From: Tubiluchus corallicola
Lineage: Eukaryota; Animalia; Priapulida
DNA: 64,000 nt
Direction: 5' to 3'
Assembly (NCBI GenBank): GCA_030141605.1
Contig: JAQGDQ010000127.1
Coordinates: 503,832-567,831 of the forward strand
How positions within the stretch are numbered: the stretch's first letter is position 1; the number at the start of each line of letters is the position of its first letter. The position numbers were made by a program, and so were the translations under genes. A model generated the notes under the pieces. The model was not told the origin of the DNA. It searched no databases and saw only the letters and a program-made list of their open reading frames with translations. Of this stretch, positions 39,412 through 53,000 are shown one piece after another.

Positions 39412-41699
39412 AAATTCTTGCTGTCAAAAAGTGTCAATGAGGATGGTTTTAGCACCAAAATAATAACTTGGAAAAGATGAAATGTTTGATAAATTAATTG
39501 TTTTTTACAGTATGAAGTACGTATATTTCAAAAAATTGTTGTTAGTACTGAGGTGAACTGAAGGAAAAGCTTTTTTAGCAGCACCAATTAATTAAGAAAA
39601 AAAGACAACTTTTATCCCTTAGTTTGTAACATAGTTTGATTGCTATGTCTACCTCATGTCTGGTTGTCACGAAAAATTGTGGTTTTGCGATAGGCTTTAA
39701 TGGGCGTCACCTTTCATTACCATCTCATCTGATTTTCAATGATATGAAGGATTATGATTCATTAATTTGTGAAATGAGTAGTGTTTATGTATTTATGTAT
39801 GTGTTATTTTTGACTGCTTATTGCATTTAGATAAATCAGTAAGTAAAATCACTGACCTCATGTGAAGTTTACTGATTTTTAGTATTTTCTGGCATATTTG
39901 TATTGTTTGTAAGTTTTGTATTTTAGGACTGAGAAAATAGCTCTCACAGAGAGTTCTCACAGACTTGTTCTTAGTAAATGAAATTATGCAATGCTTAGTA
40001 AACTAGAGCGCCCACAGGAGAAGAGCATAGTTGCCCACTGAACTTGTCATACTTTGAGACTACTGCAAGATGTATTTTCTGCATTGACACTTAAGATGAT
40101 AATGATACTAAATTCTTGTGAAAAACCAGCTGCCATTATGAAGAGCATCATATAGACCTATTATATGTATAATGTGTTTGGGGTCTTACCATATATGCAG
40201 CCCTCACCAAAATAATTAGGCTGGATGCCAGTTTGCATGGTAACTACATATATATGCAATATGAACAATTCAATTTTGGTGCATAATGTTATTGTGCTAA
40301 AAACATTAATACTTTATTTAGTTTTGTTAAGCACTCACTGTACTAGTATAGTATAAAAGCATTGTGCTTTTGTATGATAAAAGTTATGATAACTGTGATA
40401 TAGCTTTGATAAAATTTTGAGATGGATTAGAATATTTTCTCTATAATACAGTTGTTTTTCTAATAAAATAATTTTAAACTGGAGTGGACTGACTGTACAT
40501 TTTTCTAACAACACATTTATTGGGAAACCTGTGTTAACGTGTTTCTAATTTTTTTGGTAATGCTATCTATAATAAACAATAACGGTTTTATAATACGACT
40601 GGAATTAAGACAATTTATACAGGCGGTCCACATTATCATTGAAAGAAACAACTGTTGTTAAAAACTTTAAAACAAAATATTTACATTGAATTTCATGTAG
40701 TAGTTATGTACAACATAGGGAATATTATTAGTTAATAGCAACATTAATTTATTTTGTGCTTGCTTGTGTGTTTGAATTGTTCTAATGGAAATGTTCAGCT
40801 TTCATAATTACCTACTACTATTGAATATTCATGCTAAATAATCAGTTTGTTGCTAAATAATTAGTAAATAGGTTGTGCGTCTTATCTGCAACTTTGAATA
40901 GATTAGCAGCACAATCAGTTCAGCCGACGAGACTCATTAGGGCAAAAGCTCCTGGAAGAAATAAACCTATTATGAGACTACAAAAGGCATTTTAATCATG
41001 TTAAAGATGACAAGTCTCAGGAGAGTTCTCTCAAATATTAATAATACTTAAATTATCAGCTTTGAGTCATTAATTAACATGATTAATTATTGGATTCCAG
41101 AACTAATGTTTTTAATACACGTATTTCATGCTTGAGTTTAAAAAGGCCCACTCTTCTGGCCTAATTACAGGTAATTAAGCAATAAATAATAACAGTTTTT
41201 AGCACCTCATTTAAATTTTGCCTTATTATGAGGTAGGCCTACTATAAACATGGACAGATGAGATGTTTACCTCCAGCATCATTGCAAGAGGCCTAGCTAT
41301 TCATTATTTCATTATAACTTATTATTACTAATAAAAATATTACATTATTCAAATAAGATAAATAATTCAAGTTATTGTTATGATCAAATCACTGAGTCCA
41401 GCAGCCAAAAGGTCAGGTTTCTCTGAATAACTGACGCTTTGCCGTGATAATTGTATTTCAGATTCCCCTTAGATGGATGTGTAATAAAGCTGAAATCATT
41501 TGCCGTTTAGTTTCGGATTAATGGATAATAATCAAAGATTTTTCCTTTTGTCAAGTGGCGCAAACTTGAAAAAGTTAAACGCAAAGAATGAGCCACTGAG
41601 ACAAGCTACTGACATAGCGGAGTCTAGTTTTTTTGCTGTATTAACTGTTGTCTTTACCTGTTTCTTTTTTTTAGAGTTCTGTCCGCCAAATGTCTACAA

Positions 41700-43250
41700 T
41701 AGACGTAACGGGCATATGATGATGTTGATGACTGAGTGAAAGTGAGGTTAGAAAATGTATCAAGAAACTTAGAAACGGTAAATCTCGTGGGATGGTTAGT
41801 ATTATTAATGAGTATCTAAAATGTTTCAGTGATTTTTATGTAGTTTATTTACCAAGTTTTTATCCTCGTTTTAGCAAAAAGTATTGTACCCCAAAAGTTG
41901 GGTTAGTAATATTGGTATTAATAAGACCTATAATCCATAGGCTATATATATTATATATATGCAAACTTACACTTACAGGTCGATGTGATGGCGTAAACTC
42001 TTATAGATGTATTACTTTGCTTAGCTATGTTGGCAAATTATTTACATTTATTTTAAATGAACGGTTGTCAAAGTTCCTTCATATAAACGGTTTTCTTTGT
42101 GAAGGACAGACCGGTTTCAGAACTGGATATTCATCAATGCATAAGAGTCTTAGTTTTATCATTAATATGTATTTAAGCTAAAGAAGAAAGCTATATTGTG
42201 CCTCTGTAAATTATCGAAAGGCATTCGACTCTGTAAATAGAACCATTTTACAGAAAAAAATTAATGACTGCAAATGTTAATGGCTTGTTTTTAAATTGTG
42301 TTTACAATATGTAATATTCTGCCAAGTCTTGTGTTTAATCTGGTTCTTGTGATATATCTGATTTTTTTTCTAGAAATTTTGGTGTTAGCCAAGGAGAAAT
42401 CTGTCTCTTGTTTTATCTCCGGTTTTTCTAAATAATATAATTCCTTTTGTATCTACAAAGTTTCAAGGCTTGAAGGAACTTTCTAGTGTAAGCAATGAAA
42501 ACTTATCTGATGATACTGTTTACTTAAGGTTATATGCCCTATTGTATTCAGGCGACACTTGAAGTGGTATATAAATACTCGTATTTAGGTCTCACGTATA
42601 ATTATAATGGAAAATTTAGGGTAGCTCAGAAAAATTTGTATGTCAAAGGTTTGAGATCTATGTTTGGGCTTTTAGCAAGATGTAGAAGATTATATTCGCC
42701 AATTGATATTCAGCATAAACTATTTGATATCAACCATGCCATTATAAAACCAGTAGTTTTATATGCTGCGAAGTTTGTGCTTTGATGACATCAGTCTTTG
42801 TGATAATTTGCAATTAAGAGTCATTAAATTATCACCCTAATTAAACACCTACTGTTAAGCTATGGAGTGAATTAGGTTGCTTCTCTGCCACTATTGATGT
42901 TAAGTGTAGATGTATAAATTTTGGTTTAAATTGTGTTCTGAAAATAAAATTTACAAAATATAAAAAAATGTGCTATGATTGTATACATAAAATGTTCCGC
43001 ACTAATGTATTTGTTCATTCTTGGATCGACTTTGTCAAAAATTGTTTAGATAACTTGTGTTTATTTTACTTATTTTCTAACTGGCTTTAATGTAAATTTT
43101 TGTTGGTTCAAATATTTGATTTCAGTACTCAAGGTTAAAAGATGCTTATATGCAAAATTGGGTTAATGAGGTTCAGATTGCAGATTATTGTAACAATTAT
43201 AGACTGTTTAAAAAACATTTGCTCTTGAAAAATGTTTAATTAATTAACCT
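41700..43250 (+). mobile_element. Degenerate non-LTR retrotransposon reverse transcriptase fragment
   Basis: Across frameshifts and stops: EVRKCIKKLRNGKS, SYRCITLLSYVGKLFTFILNERL, QTGFRTGYS, KLYCASVNYRKAFDSVNR, GVSQG, LEVVYKYSYLGLTYNYNGKF. The YADD region appears deleted near 42550. Confidence 0.88.
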
Positions 43251-44025
43251 AAGGCCGACAATAAAAACACTACTGTTTCCATACTGGAACATTAGAAGTT
43301 TAACTGTTGAAGTTCTCAGCCAGGTGAATTTTTAATTCAGCCTAGACAACACAAGATTGCATACTTACAGAGATTACTATGGCATTACTGGAACGCAAAC
43401 CACTCCTGTTGTCAAGGTTTAAATTGCAGCTTAATTACATAAATTACAATGTATGCCAAGTTTCAAAAAATGTCTAAGACCGTGTCACTAATAGACAGGT
43501 GTGCAGGATTTATTGTGTCAGCTATGTGAAGCCAATGTTCCAGTGAATATACTAGCTGCACAAATTCTAGGCACTAAATTAAAGGCTTCATTTCATTTCA
43601 GTTCCACATCTATTATCATGTCTGGACGTTTGCAAAAATGTAAAACAAATTGATAATTTATTGCTATTTTTTAAGATGGAACGCTGTATCTCAACTTGTT
43701 TACTTAACATTTATCCAATTTCATAACTAGATGCTCAAGGCAGTGTGCGTGCTTCTATAACAATAGAAATATTAGAGGGGCAAAATACGGTATCAAAGAA
43801 AATTTATGTCAAGAAAATCTTAAGAGATAAATGATGCATTGTCACTTATTCTTAAAAACTACATAAATTACTTTGAAAAGCTATTTAAGAAAACTTTGAA
43901 CAAATAGACTGTAAGTAGAATTTTAGGTGCATGACTATTTGCTATACATAACTAACTGAGTTTTCAATCCTGACAGATTTATTGCTTTGATTTTTGCTGC
44001 ACATTGCACCATTTACAGAGCACCA

Positions 44026-47000
44026 ATGGCAGTAGCTGGATTAAATCAAAATTTCTATATAAAGAATGTTGTTGTACCATTTGAAGAGGACCAAACCCAT
44101 GAATTTAAAGGTCACCGGTGCTTGTCAGTGGATGAGCTGCCAGGATTTGCTTTTTTGAAAGATGAACATGGCCAAATGAGCAGAAAGCCAGTTTCCAGGT
44201 ACTTGTTGTTATATTGTTATACAACTAACAATCTATTTGCATAAGCTCACATCTTGTCAGATTTGAAATACCTCTGACAAATTTCTATGTTAATAACTTA
44301 AGAGCAGCATTTAGAAATAAAATTGTAGTGTCTGGAATTAGTGGCGCACATTGCTTGTTTAGTGTGGTGCACTTCAATACAAAGTAAGTGTGCAGAGCAA
44401 GAGAGAGAAAGCAATGATCGGAACGATGTAGTATTAGATGACATGTTTTAAACTTTTATCGAATTTATTATTATATAATTAAATGTTAAACAAGACTCTT
44501 TTTTGTCTTCAAATACATTATAAAAATTGTTGGAAATTTTCTCATGTGTGGCTTGATTTTAAGGCGGGAATAGATAGCAAAAGCCATTTAAAGTGTGGAT
44601 AATGTATGGATAATTGAAATCGTAAATCAGTATAATGTTCTTTTTCTGAGCAACTATTACTACATGTATTACCAAGCCTATTGCATATAACTGGGCTTTA
44701 TTTTATTGAGCGACATACAGATATCTAGTTAATTTCAATGCAGTTTGTAATTTAGGTGTGTACGTACACATACACTGTCACACACACACACTTATACACA
44801 CTTTCTAAATTAAAATGTGTTCTCTATGTTTAAATATGAACTATGAACATTAAACTGAGCAACTAATGTTCGCTGCTATGACAATATAATACTTGTATCT
44901 AAGTTTCTTTTGTATTTATCACCACTGAGTAAGGAGTGCATTTGTCAGTCTATCACCGTCATTACATTTTTAAAGAAAAGTATACGAAACATTATGTGAA
45001 ATGCTTGCATATTATTGAATATAATAATTTTAGTTGATTCTCTTTTGCGGGGATTTTAGTTTTAATTGTATTGTAGTGTTGTCATTGTTGTCTTTGTGTG
45101 GTGTAGGTTGCTGTACGTTTATGTACAAACTATTTTAAGGGCTTGGGCTGCTGTTCAATTAAAACTCTTAGTTTTTATGCTCTTATGGAAGTAAAAATTT
45201 TTTTAAAGTTTTTTCTTTACTTATCAATTGGTAGTTTTGTTCTTCAGATACTTGAATGCTTTTCTGAATACTGGAATTGGAGGAGTTGTTTATCTTGGTA
45301 TTATTGATGACGGTGTAGTCAAAGGGATACGTTTAACTGAGTATCAAGTGAGAGACTTTGCTACGTATTATAGGCCCAGGCTTGATTAATTGGTTTGTAA
45401 TTTCCTCAGTGTACATAGCCATTATTTAGAGTGAAATAATGCGAATGGTTTATCAATGTATGATGTAGGTAAATATAGAATTTTTGACTAAATCTAAAAT
45501 ACAATTTTAGTGTACCAAGTGTAGCTTTAAAATTCGAGATTATTAAATTTAATAGAGTTCTGTATCATTTAGACATGCTGATTGGCAATCAGAAAGTTCC
45601 GATTTCATTTCGAGATTATGATATCCATTATCTTATAGGCAATAGTGTCAGTGAGTATTGCTTGGGTAATGACCAGGGGCGTCGTGCACCCAAAAAAATT
45701 GGGGGGGCCCGACTATAATGGCGGATTTTAACTGTTTAAATTTTAATTTTTGAAAATTTAATTTTGAAAAAAATAAACAGTATTTTGCGTGCAAGAAAAA
45801 CGATTTATTTAACATGGCATTTAACTTAAAGCTATAGCAACGGAAACTTAATTAAAATTAAAAATTAAATTAAAATTTAATTAAGTATTTATCAGCTGTC
45901 AGGAATCCGACGCAGAACTATCGACGCAGAACATCACTCCAGAAGAGCTCAACCACAGACTTCAAGTCCATATTCTTTGTTTTCTCAGCCTCAACTGCAA
46001 GGATCATCAGGTCACTCAGTCGCGTCTGACTCATTGTACTGCGGAGAGCATTCTTGACAAATTTAAGCGCCAAACACACGACACGGGAAACAGAATGCAG
46101 CATCAATATCTTTTACGTATTCCAACCATGACCTATCGTTGAACCACTGACCCTGAAATGATCTCGATTTTCCTCCCATTTTGGTCTTTGGGTATGCATC
46201 CACTACGTCCCGCAATGGCCCGCGACGGATGTACGCATCCTTTTGGATTCGTTCTGTTGGAATCGACGTTACAGTAGATACAGACGCCGTAGAACCTGGG
46301 TCGGGAACACGGTTGGACTTGAAAAATGAAGTCAGATTGGACTGCCTCGACATCGTTTAAGAAATATAGCTAAAATCGCAGCGAAAACTAGCAAAGATTT
46401 TCCTAGCAGCAGAAAAATGATGAAATGTGCTCAAAATCACGCCCTTTTATGCAGCAAACTCGTGGGAAAGAGTCACTAAGGAGTAGCAAAGAGTCGTTAA
46501 TGTCCAATCAGGAGGTGGCTGAGCCATGGCTCATCAATTGGTATCTCCCAAACCGACTCTCTGGTACTAGGCTAGCTGGACAAACTGACTCTCTGGTACT
46601 AGGCAAGCTCAACATGACTTCAATGTTTGCATTGTTTTTGCTCTATTATTTCACTTATTCTCCATTATAACACACTGCTGAACGAAGCTCGAGTGCTAAC
46701 TGAGCCGTTTTGTTAACTAACAGTCTTTTGTGCAAAGACGCTAATGCTACTAAACGAGCTGCTTTGTTAACTGTTCCTGCCTGCCTCCTGAATAGATAGA
46801 TTACAGGCCAACAAATTAACTACATCCTGACTTTCAGGTAAACACATACTCATGCTCATACTGTTCGCATTTATGGAGCGCTGGCCGCGTGTCAAAAAGT
46901 CGGAAATAAATTTGCTTACCGGTCTCATTACGAGCCGCTGACGCCCTTCAAATTTTTGACATTTTCTAAAAAAATTGGGGGGCCCGGGCCCCCCCGGGCC

Positions 47001-50000
47001 CCCCCCCCCCCCCGGGCCCCTATGGCACGACGCCACTGGTAATGACATTCAAATCCATTAATTAGCAAACTCACCTAGTTGCTGTTAACGATGAACAAAG
47101 ATAATAACTGTTTTAGACAAACAGTTGGCTGATAAAGCTAATCTGGCATCCTTAAACTGTTACGATATTGATAATTATCACACAGAAATTTGTTCGATCT
47201 TATGTAGTTTTTAAAGAAGTAATATGAGTATCTGAACATAACTGGTTTTTAACAGGAATGAATTGTATGCCATACAATTTTACCTTTAATATTGTCCTTA
47301 CTTTAATAGTATATACTTGTTTATTCATTGTCTTGTGACAAGTCTAATTAACTAAAGTTATTTTACCTGAATTATTTGTGTCATCGTCGTATTCTTGAAC
47401 GAGGACGAAACAAAATGATACATAGACACTGCATAATCAATTTTAGTACAAAAATATTTTGATTGCTCTTAAAATGAAAATACATTACGCATTCTACATA
47501 ACCACATTTTTGTTTAATAAAATATTTTTTTATGTTTTTACCATAGAAAGATCATGTTCGAGCAAGTGTTGATGATTTGTTGGTATCTCGATACATTCCT
47601 GCAGTGCCTAAACATCGTTACTGCGTCAGATTTGTGCCAGTCATTGAAGATGAATCAGACTTCCCAACTTTCTTACACTATGTCAGAAAGTGAGGACAAA
47701 ATGTCACATTTTTAGTGTAGAGAATGTAGTATAGGGCTTCTACTGAATTGTCAACGATGTTTACATGGGTAACAAAAATCTGATTTAAGTACCTTATTCT
47801 TTATATTATATTCGGATACCCGGGTACCCACTATTGTTAAGAAACGCTAGTGAAGAAACTGCAATCATTTGTACTCACAAATGAAAACCACTGGTGCACT
47901 TTAACTAACTGCACTGTTAAGAATAACAAGCATTCGTTTATTACACATTGAAAGCCTAAACACACCAGCTGTGAATCACGAAAGTTAATGTTTTCCCACA
48001 CAAGGCATTTGACATGTGGTTTTATCTGTCGCACCCTATTTACTTCATTGCTACGTCAGCTTCCTCACTAACACTATTAATACAGTATAGGTATTAAGGG
48101 AATAAAATAATCTATATTATCCTATTTATGTGCTGTTAAACTTAACAATTTATTTATTTGTGTCTTTGTTAGTGGCCTGAAATAGGTTTTTAATGGCTAT
48201 AAACAGTTTCATTTGAATAATTAACCTCTTGGTAAAAATATCAGCTTGTTTTTTGTAAGTCATCCCTATGACAAAAGCGGTTTGACTGCCGCCTCCCTTC
48301 TGGCTGTTGGCCTGGCACACTGCCAACACAATTAATAGTCAGCTAGTAGGTATATGTACCTACTGTAGAAGTGCACAGCAGAAATTGGCATTTTAATTTT
48401 AATTCTCTAGCAATGGATGTTATATTACAAGTAATGTATGGATTTTCATCGTTGGAACTGGGCAGAAATATTAGGCTCAGGTAATAAACAATGCGGGTAA
48501 TTAATCGGGTACCCGATGGAAACACTAGATACTATAGTGTAACCCACTTATAACAAGCCTCTGGTTATGACGAGGAAACTTCAATGTCCTGCCAAATCTT
48601 AGGTTTAAACAATGTGTTTAAGCCTTGCTTACAGGGAACTCCGATATTACATGTTTTTGCTTATTACGAGGAAATTTAGCTGCCCTGTGATTGTATTTCC
48701 TTTGTATATAACAAGTGTATATTCTAAAACGATGGGCAAGGGGCTCCATTCCCAAAGGGCAAAAAGATTACATAGATGGTGCATAAAATGTTTTGTATTA
48801 AGTAAAGTACATGCAGATTTGCTTGTGAGTCTGCAGCTGTGCGCTTTGCTCTGATGAGGCGGGCACGATGTTTCAGACGCAAAAAACAACCAGTTTATCA
48901 ATAGGTTAAATTGAATGACGCAGTTGAAGCCATTGCTAAATTTCAGCAATTTTTAAGTCGTCACCAGCAACTGATAATGATGTGTTGTCATGCCTTTCAA
49001 AATTTGATAGCTCAGTTAAATAAAGTTGTGGTGTAGTTTAATATAAAGTAGGCAAAATAACCAACTTTCTCAAAAAAATAAACTGTTTTGCTTCGCAAAA
49101 TAAATGTTTGTGTGATTTAAAGTTTAATTTTTAATAAAGTTTAAAGTAGTTGACGTAGCTCTTGCTGAAATGCTTATTATCATAAATTATTATGCACCCA
49201 CACAACTGTGTTTCCCACCCACCCGCAAAAAGCCAGAGTCTTGTGCAAGCATGTAAATGATTGTAACACCCACACAAAACACGCTCTGCTATCAGCAGAT
49301 GTCACAATGACTCACAGCTGTGGTTTAGAAAAACAATTTGCACGACCATTTTATGCAGAAATTTATTGTACAAAATACTGTCTTAATCCTTGAAATAATG
49401 GTTTAACCACTATAAGCAATTACTCTTTTGTGACAAAATAGTTGCTGAACAGTGGCAGTCATTTAAGAAACTTGTACAAGTCTCAAAAGAAAGTGCTCTT
49501 TTATTATTACATCACATCTACCTGGTAGGCCATTTTTATCTTTTACATACATTCAAACAATTGACCTCGGCTATAAAGTGATTCGCTTATAGCGAGCAAT
49601 TTTTCGCGGTCCCTTGAAACTCATGATAAGGAGATTATACTGTAAATGTAGACTTATTCTGCACCAATTCACATATAGCAAAACCACAATAATTTAAGTT
49701 TTCTAATTATCTAGTGAAAAGAGGTGTGCTGTTTGATTTAATGAACTTGTTTAATGTTTGATTTTGAACAATAATTACATTATCTTTTCGATTGAAAATC
49801 AGTAACTGAAGTTGCAAAATTATTGATTAGTCAGAATGATTGATTGATTGATCAGCCATGTTCAGATTGATCAGAAAGTCATGTTCTTCTACTGCAGGAC
49901 CAGAGATATTACAACTATCCCAAGGATTATAAGTTGGCATCTCACTGATTGTGTAGGAGAGGTAATTAGGGCATTGAGCGGGAAGGGAGGTTGCAGCAAT

Positions 50001-53000
50001 GGTGTGGAAGTTTAAGAAAAAGTCTCACTTCTAACATGTCAGGTTTATTAGTATTCTCACCACTTGCATTTCCGCCATTATCTTCATGAATATTGATTAA
50101 CGTCAGAAATGGATTTAAATGATTTAAAGCTGTGATGCTTAGAATGACAAGACTGTCTTACTTTATATTAGATATTGTTCCTTGAGATTTCTTAGACCTA
50201 TACTAAGGAGCTCTTGGTTTTGTTTAGCTCAGTTAAATCACACAATATAAAAACAATCATTCTGGAAAACATCTCACCAGTCTAAGCACTTGTTATTGCC
50301 AATGCTGCTTTACTACTGAAGGTAGTATTTAAGAATGCTATAAAGTAATTAAACTGTGCCGTTTATAAGATATTAGGACCTGTACTGTGGTTGGTGACTA
50401 CCCTAGGTGGCAAAGCCTCTTTGCCAAAGCAGTTATAATTTGAAGTCAAATTCTGAAATGTGTCGCTTGAAATTCTTGTACGTTAGGCTACTGCGAAAAT
50501 CAGGAACATCTTATTGTAACATTTTTGTAGTAGTAGGCTTATTTATAATAAATTACAGAATGAGATTGCCAGCAAGCCGCAGTAACTGCATAATTATGCA
50601 CGTACGCCTTGACAAACATTCTATTGATGCCAAGTCTGCAAGTGTATTTTTTAGCAGAAGTATTTGAGCACGTAGGGAACAAATTGATGTACATGTGTGC
50701 CCCCCAAAATAATAATTTCGTGTTAACTTTTGAATTTAGTGGATATTACAATGCAAAACAGTTCTGCTAATAAAGGAAGGAAAGCATCTAAACTTCTTTT
50801 CATCAAAAATTTGAGGAAAAATGTGCGAGAAGTGTCTCGCAGACTATGCCTATGTAAAACTAAATATGCGAAGGTACTTTAGTACATTACAAGGTCTCCA
50901 GGCAACGTTTCAGTGTTTCTTATGTCTTCTTGCAACTATACTATGAAAATTATAAAAACGTATTTTAACTATGCATCCTAATAATTACAATAATTAGTAG
51001 TTGCATAACATACAAATGTCAAGTTAAATTTGAGATTTTGTAAACTTTTAATTCAAGCTGTTGTTTCAGCTGCTTGCAAAATCGGCATCTACTTAACACC
51101 GATTTGAGACATAAATCGTCATTCTTCATTCTCACTGAAGTTTGAAGAAGCTAATAATACTTGAAATTAAATTGTACTAAGTTAGTAGACGTAATAATTC
51201 AGAAGAAGCAAATACATTTAAACTGTTCTTGAACAAATTTTCCATTAAGTCTGTGTTACTTTCTAAATTATTTTTCTTTTAGTCATGTGATTGATGAGGA
51301 AATCCAGGCAAGGCCTCATCTTCTAAGGACTTCTAAATACTGTTGGTGTGATAAGGATGCAGTTGCTCAGTTTAACAGTGTAAGTTTCTACGAAAACTCT
51401 AAAATTCTAATTTAAGTTTTATTTTATAGGTAAAGTGGATTGCTTTAGGAAAGCACTTTTACTTTTTTCCAAAACTAGCAAAAGCAATTTTATTGCAATT
51501 GCATTTTAAACTTGGATAACTATGATTAGTGCAAGGACATGGATATTCATCTAGAAGCTAATTTATTTTGTTCCTTCCTGTCTTTTTTGACAAGGTTGAA
51601 CAATACTAGTACTGTAATTAACTGTGATTCTTTTGCCTTCTGTTTACCTCAAGAAAGCTGTAATTTTATGGTACTTTAGCTTGGAACTCCATTTTGAGCA
51701 TTATTTCTCAGCTCTATGTACCCTTTTTCCTTTTGTCTGATTGGTATTCCCCACCTCTTTCCAAAATTGCTTTTTTAGTGTATTGTGGTGTAGTATTATG
51801 TGCTATTTTTTTTGCAATATGTCAGGATGTCACCCCATCTTCGAATGATTGTCGGACTTTGCACATTCTAGATTTCTAGATTTACTTGAGTTTTTTGCAG
51901 CGGATTTTTACTTGTGTATTACTCATGAATAAAAATGGTGACTGGCTTTAAAACTTGTAGGTTTAAAGTAACCTATGAAATTAAACACTGTGATAACTTC
52001 TAGGTTATGTACAATTTATGGAATTGTAGTTCATGTTGATGATCCATATTCCAGGCAGCCTGTAATCCCTTAAATTCCCCCTCTCGAAAAGTTAAGGGTT
52101 GAAAAGCTTGGGGGAATTCCGTACTGGTTGAGAACTGTTTTAGGACTAGTTATTCTGATAGATTTTGACTATTTTAAATTTGTCAGCTTAGTAAAGAGGC
52201 ACCTAAAAGTAATTTAGTAGGATAATATGGTTCCCAGATATACCTGTAATGCTTCTTAGCAGCATATTTTTATTCATACTTGACAACAGCAGCAAACATT
52301 TTTAGTACCAGTCGCATCCAATACTTTCTAAAACATTACGGAGAAGCCAGACTACATGTTGCAGCCGAGTTTATGGCTAGTTGTTCTGTTTATTGCTTTG
52401 GGTAACTATTATAGATGCTTCCAGATAACTTCGATAGGAATTTTGTTTAAATAAATGTTTATCATGACTGCTTAGAAGCTATATCTGACGTGGTTTGTTC
52501 TCATATGCAGAGGCGGATTATGATTTTATGGGCCTTAGGCTTGAGCTTGGAACGGGCCTTTTAAATGTTGCTACACTGCTGAGCTGACGTGTTTTTGTGG
52601 AGCTCTCGTCGTTTGTAAGTTTGTTTAATTTTGTGAGTTTTTGCCCACCGATTGTGATAAAAATTATATCTTCTTGATCCTTGAGTTGTGGACTAGGACA
52701 ATATAAACACGATTACAGCTTGGTGAGTTTCTGGGTTAGATGTCATCTAAAATAAGCCAATCAGAAACTCTGAAAGTAACTTTAGTTTCTTACTAATTTC
52801 TTATATCTCTAAAGGATGACAAATTAAACAATTTATCACTGATGCATATTGAGTCAGATATGTTGAAAAAAATGGACTTTTCAGAAATTATAACTGACTT
52901 TGCCCCCAGAAAAATTCGGAAACTGAAATTTTGAACTTAAACTTAAACTGTGTAAACGTGAATTGTGTAAACTTAAATTGTGTAAACTTGAATTGTGTAA

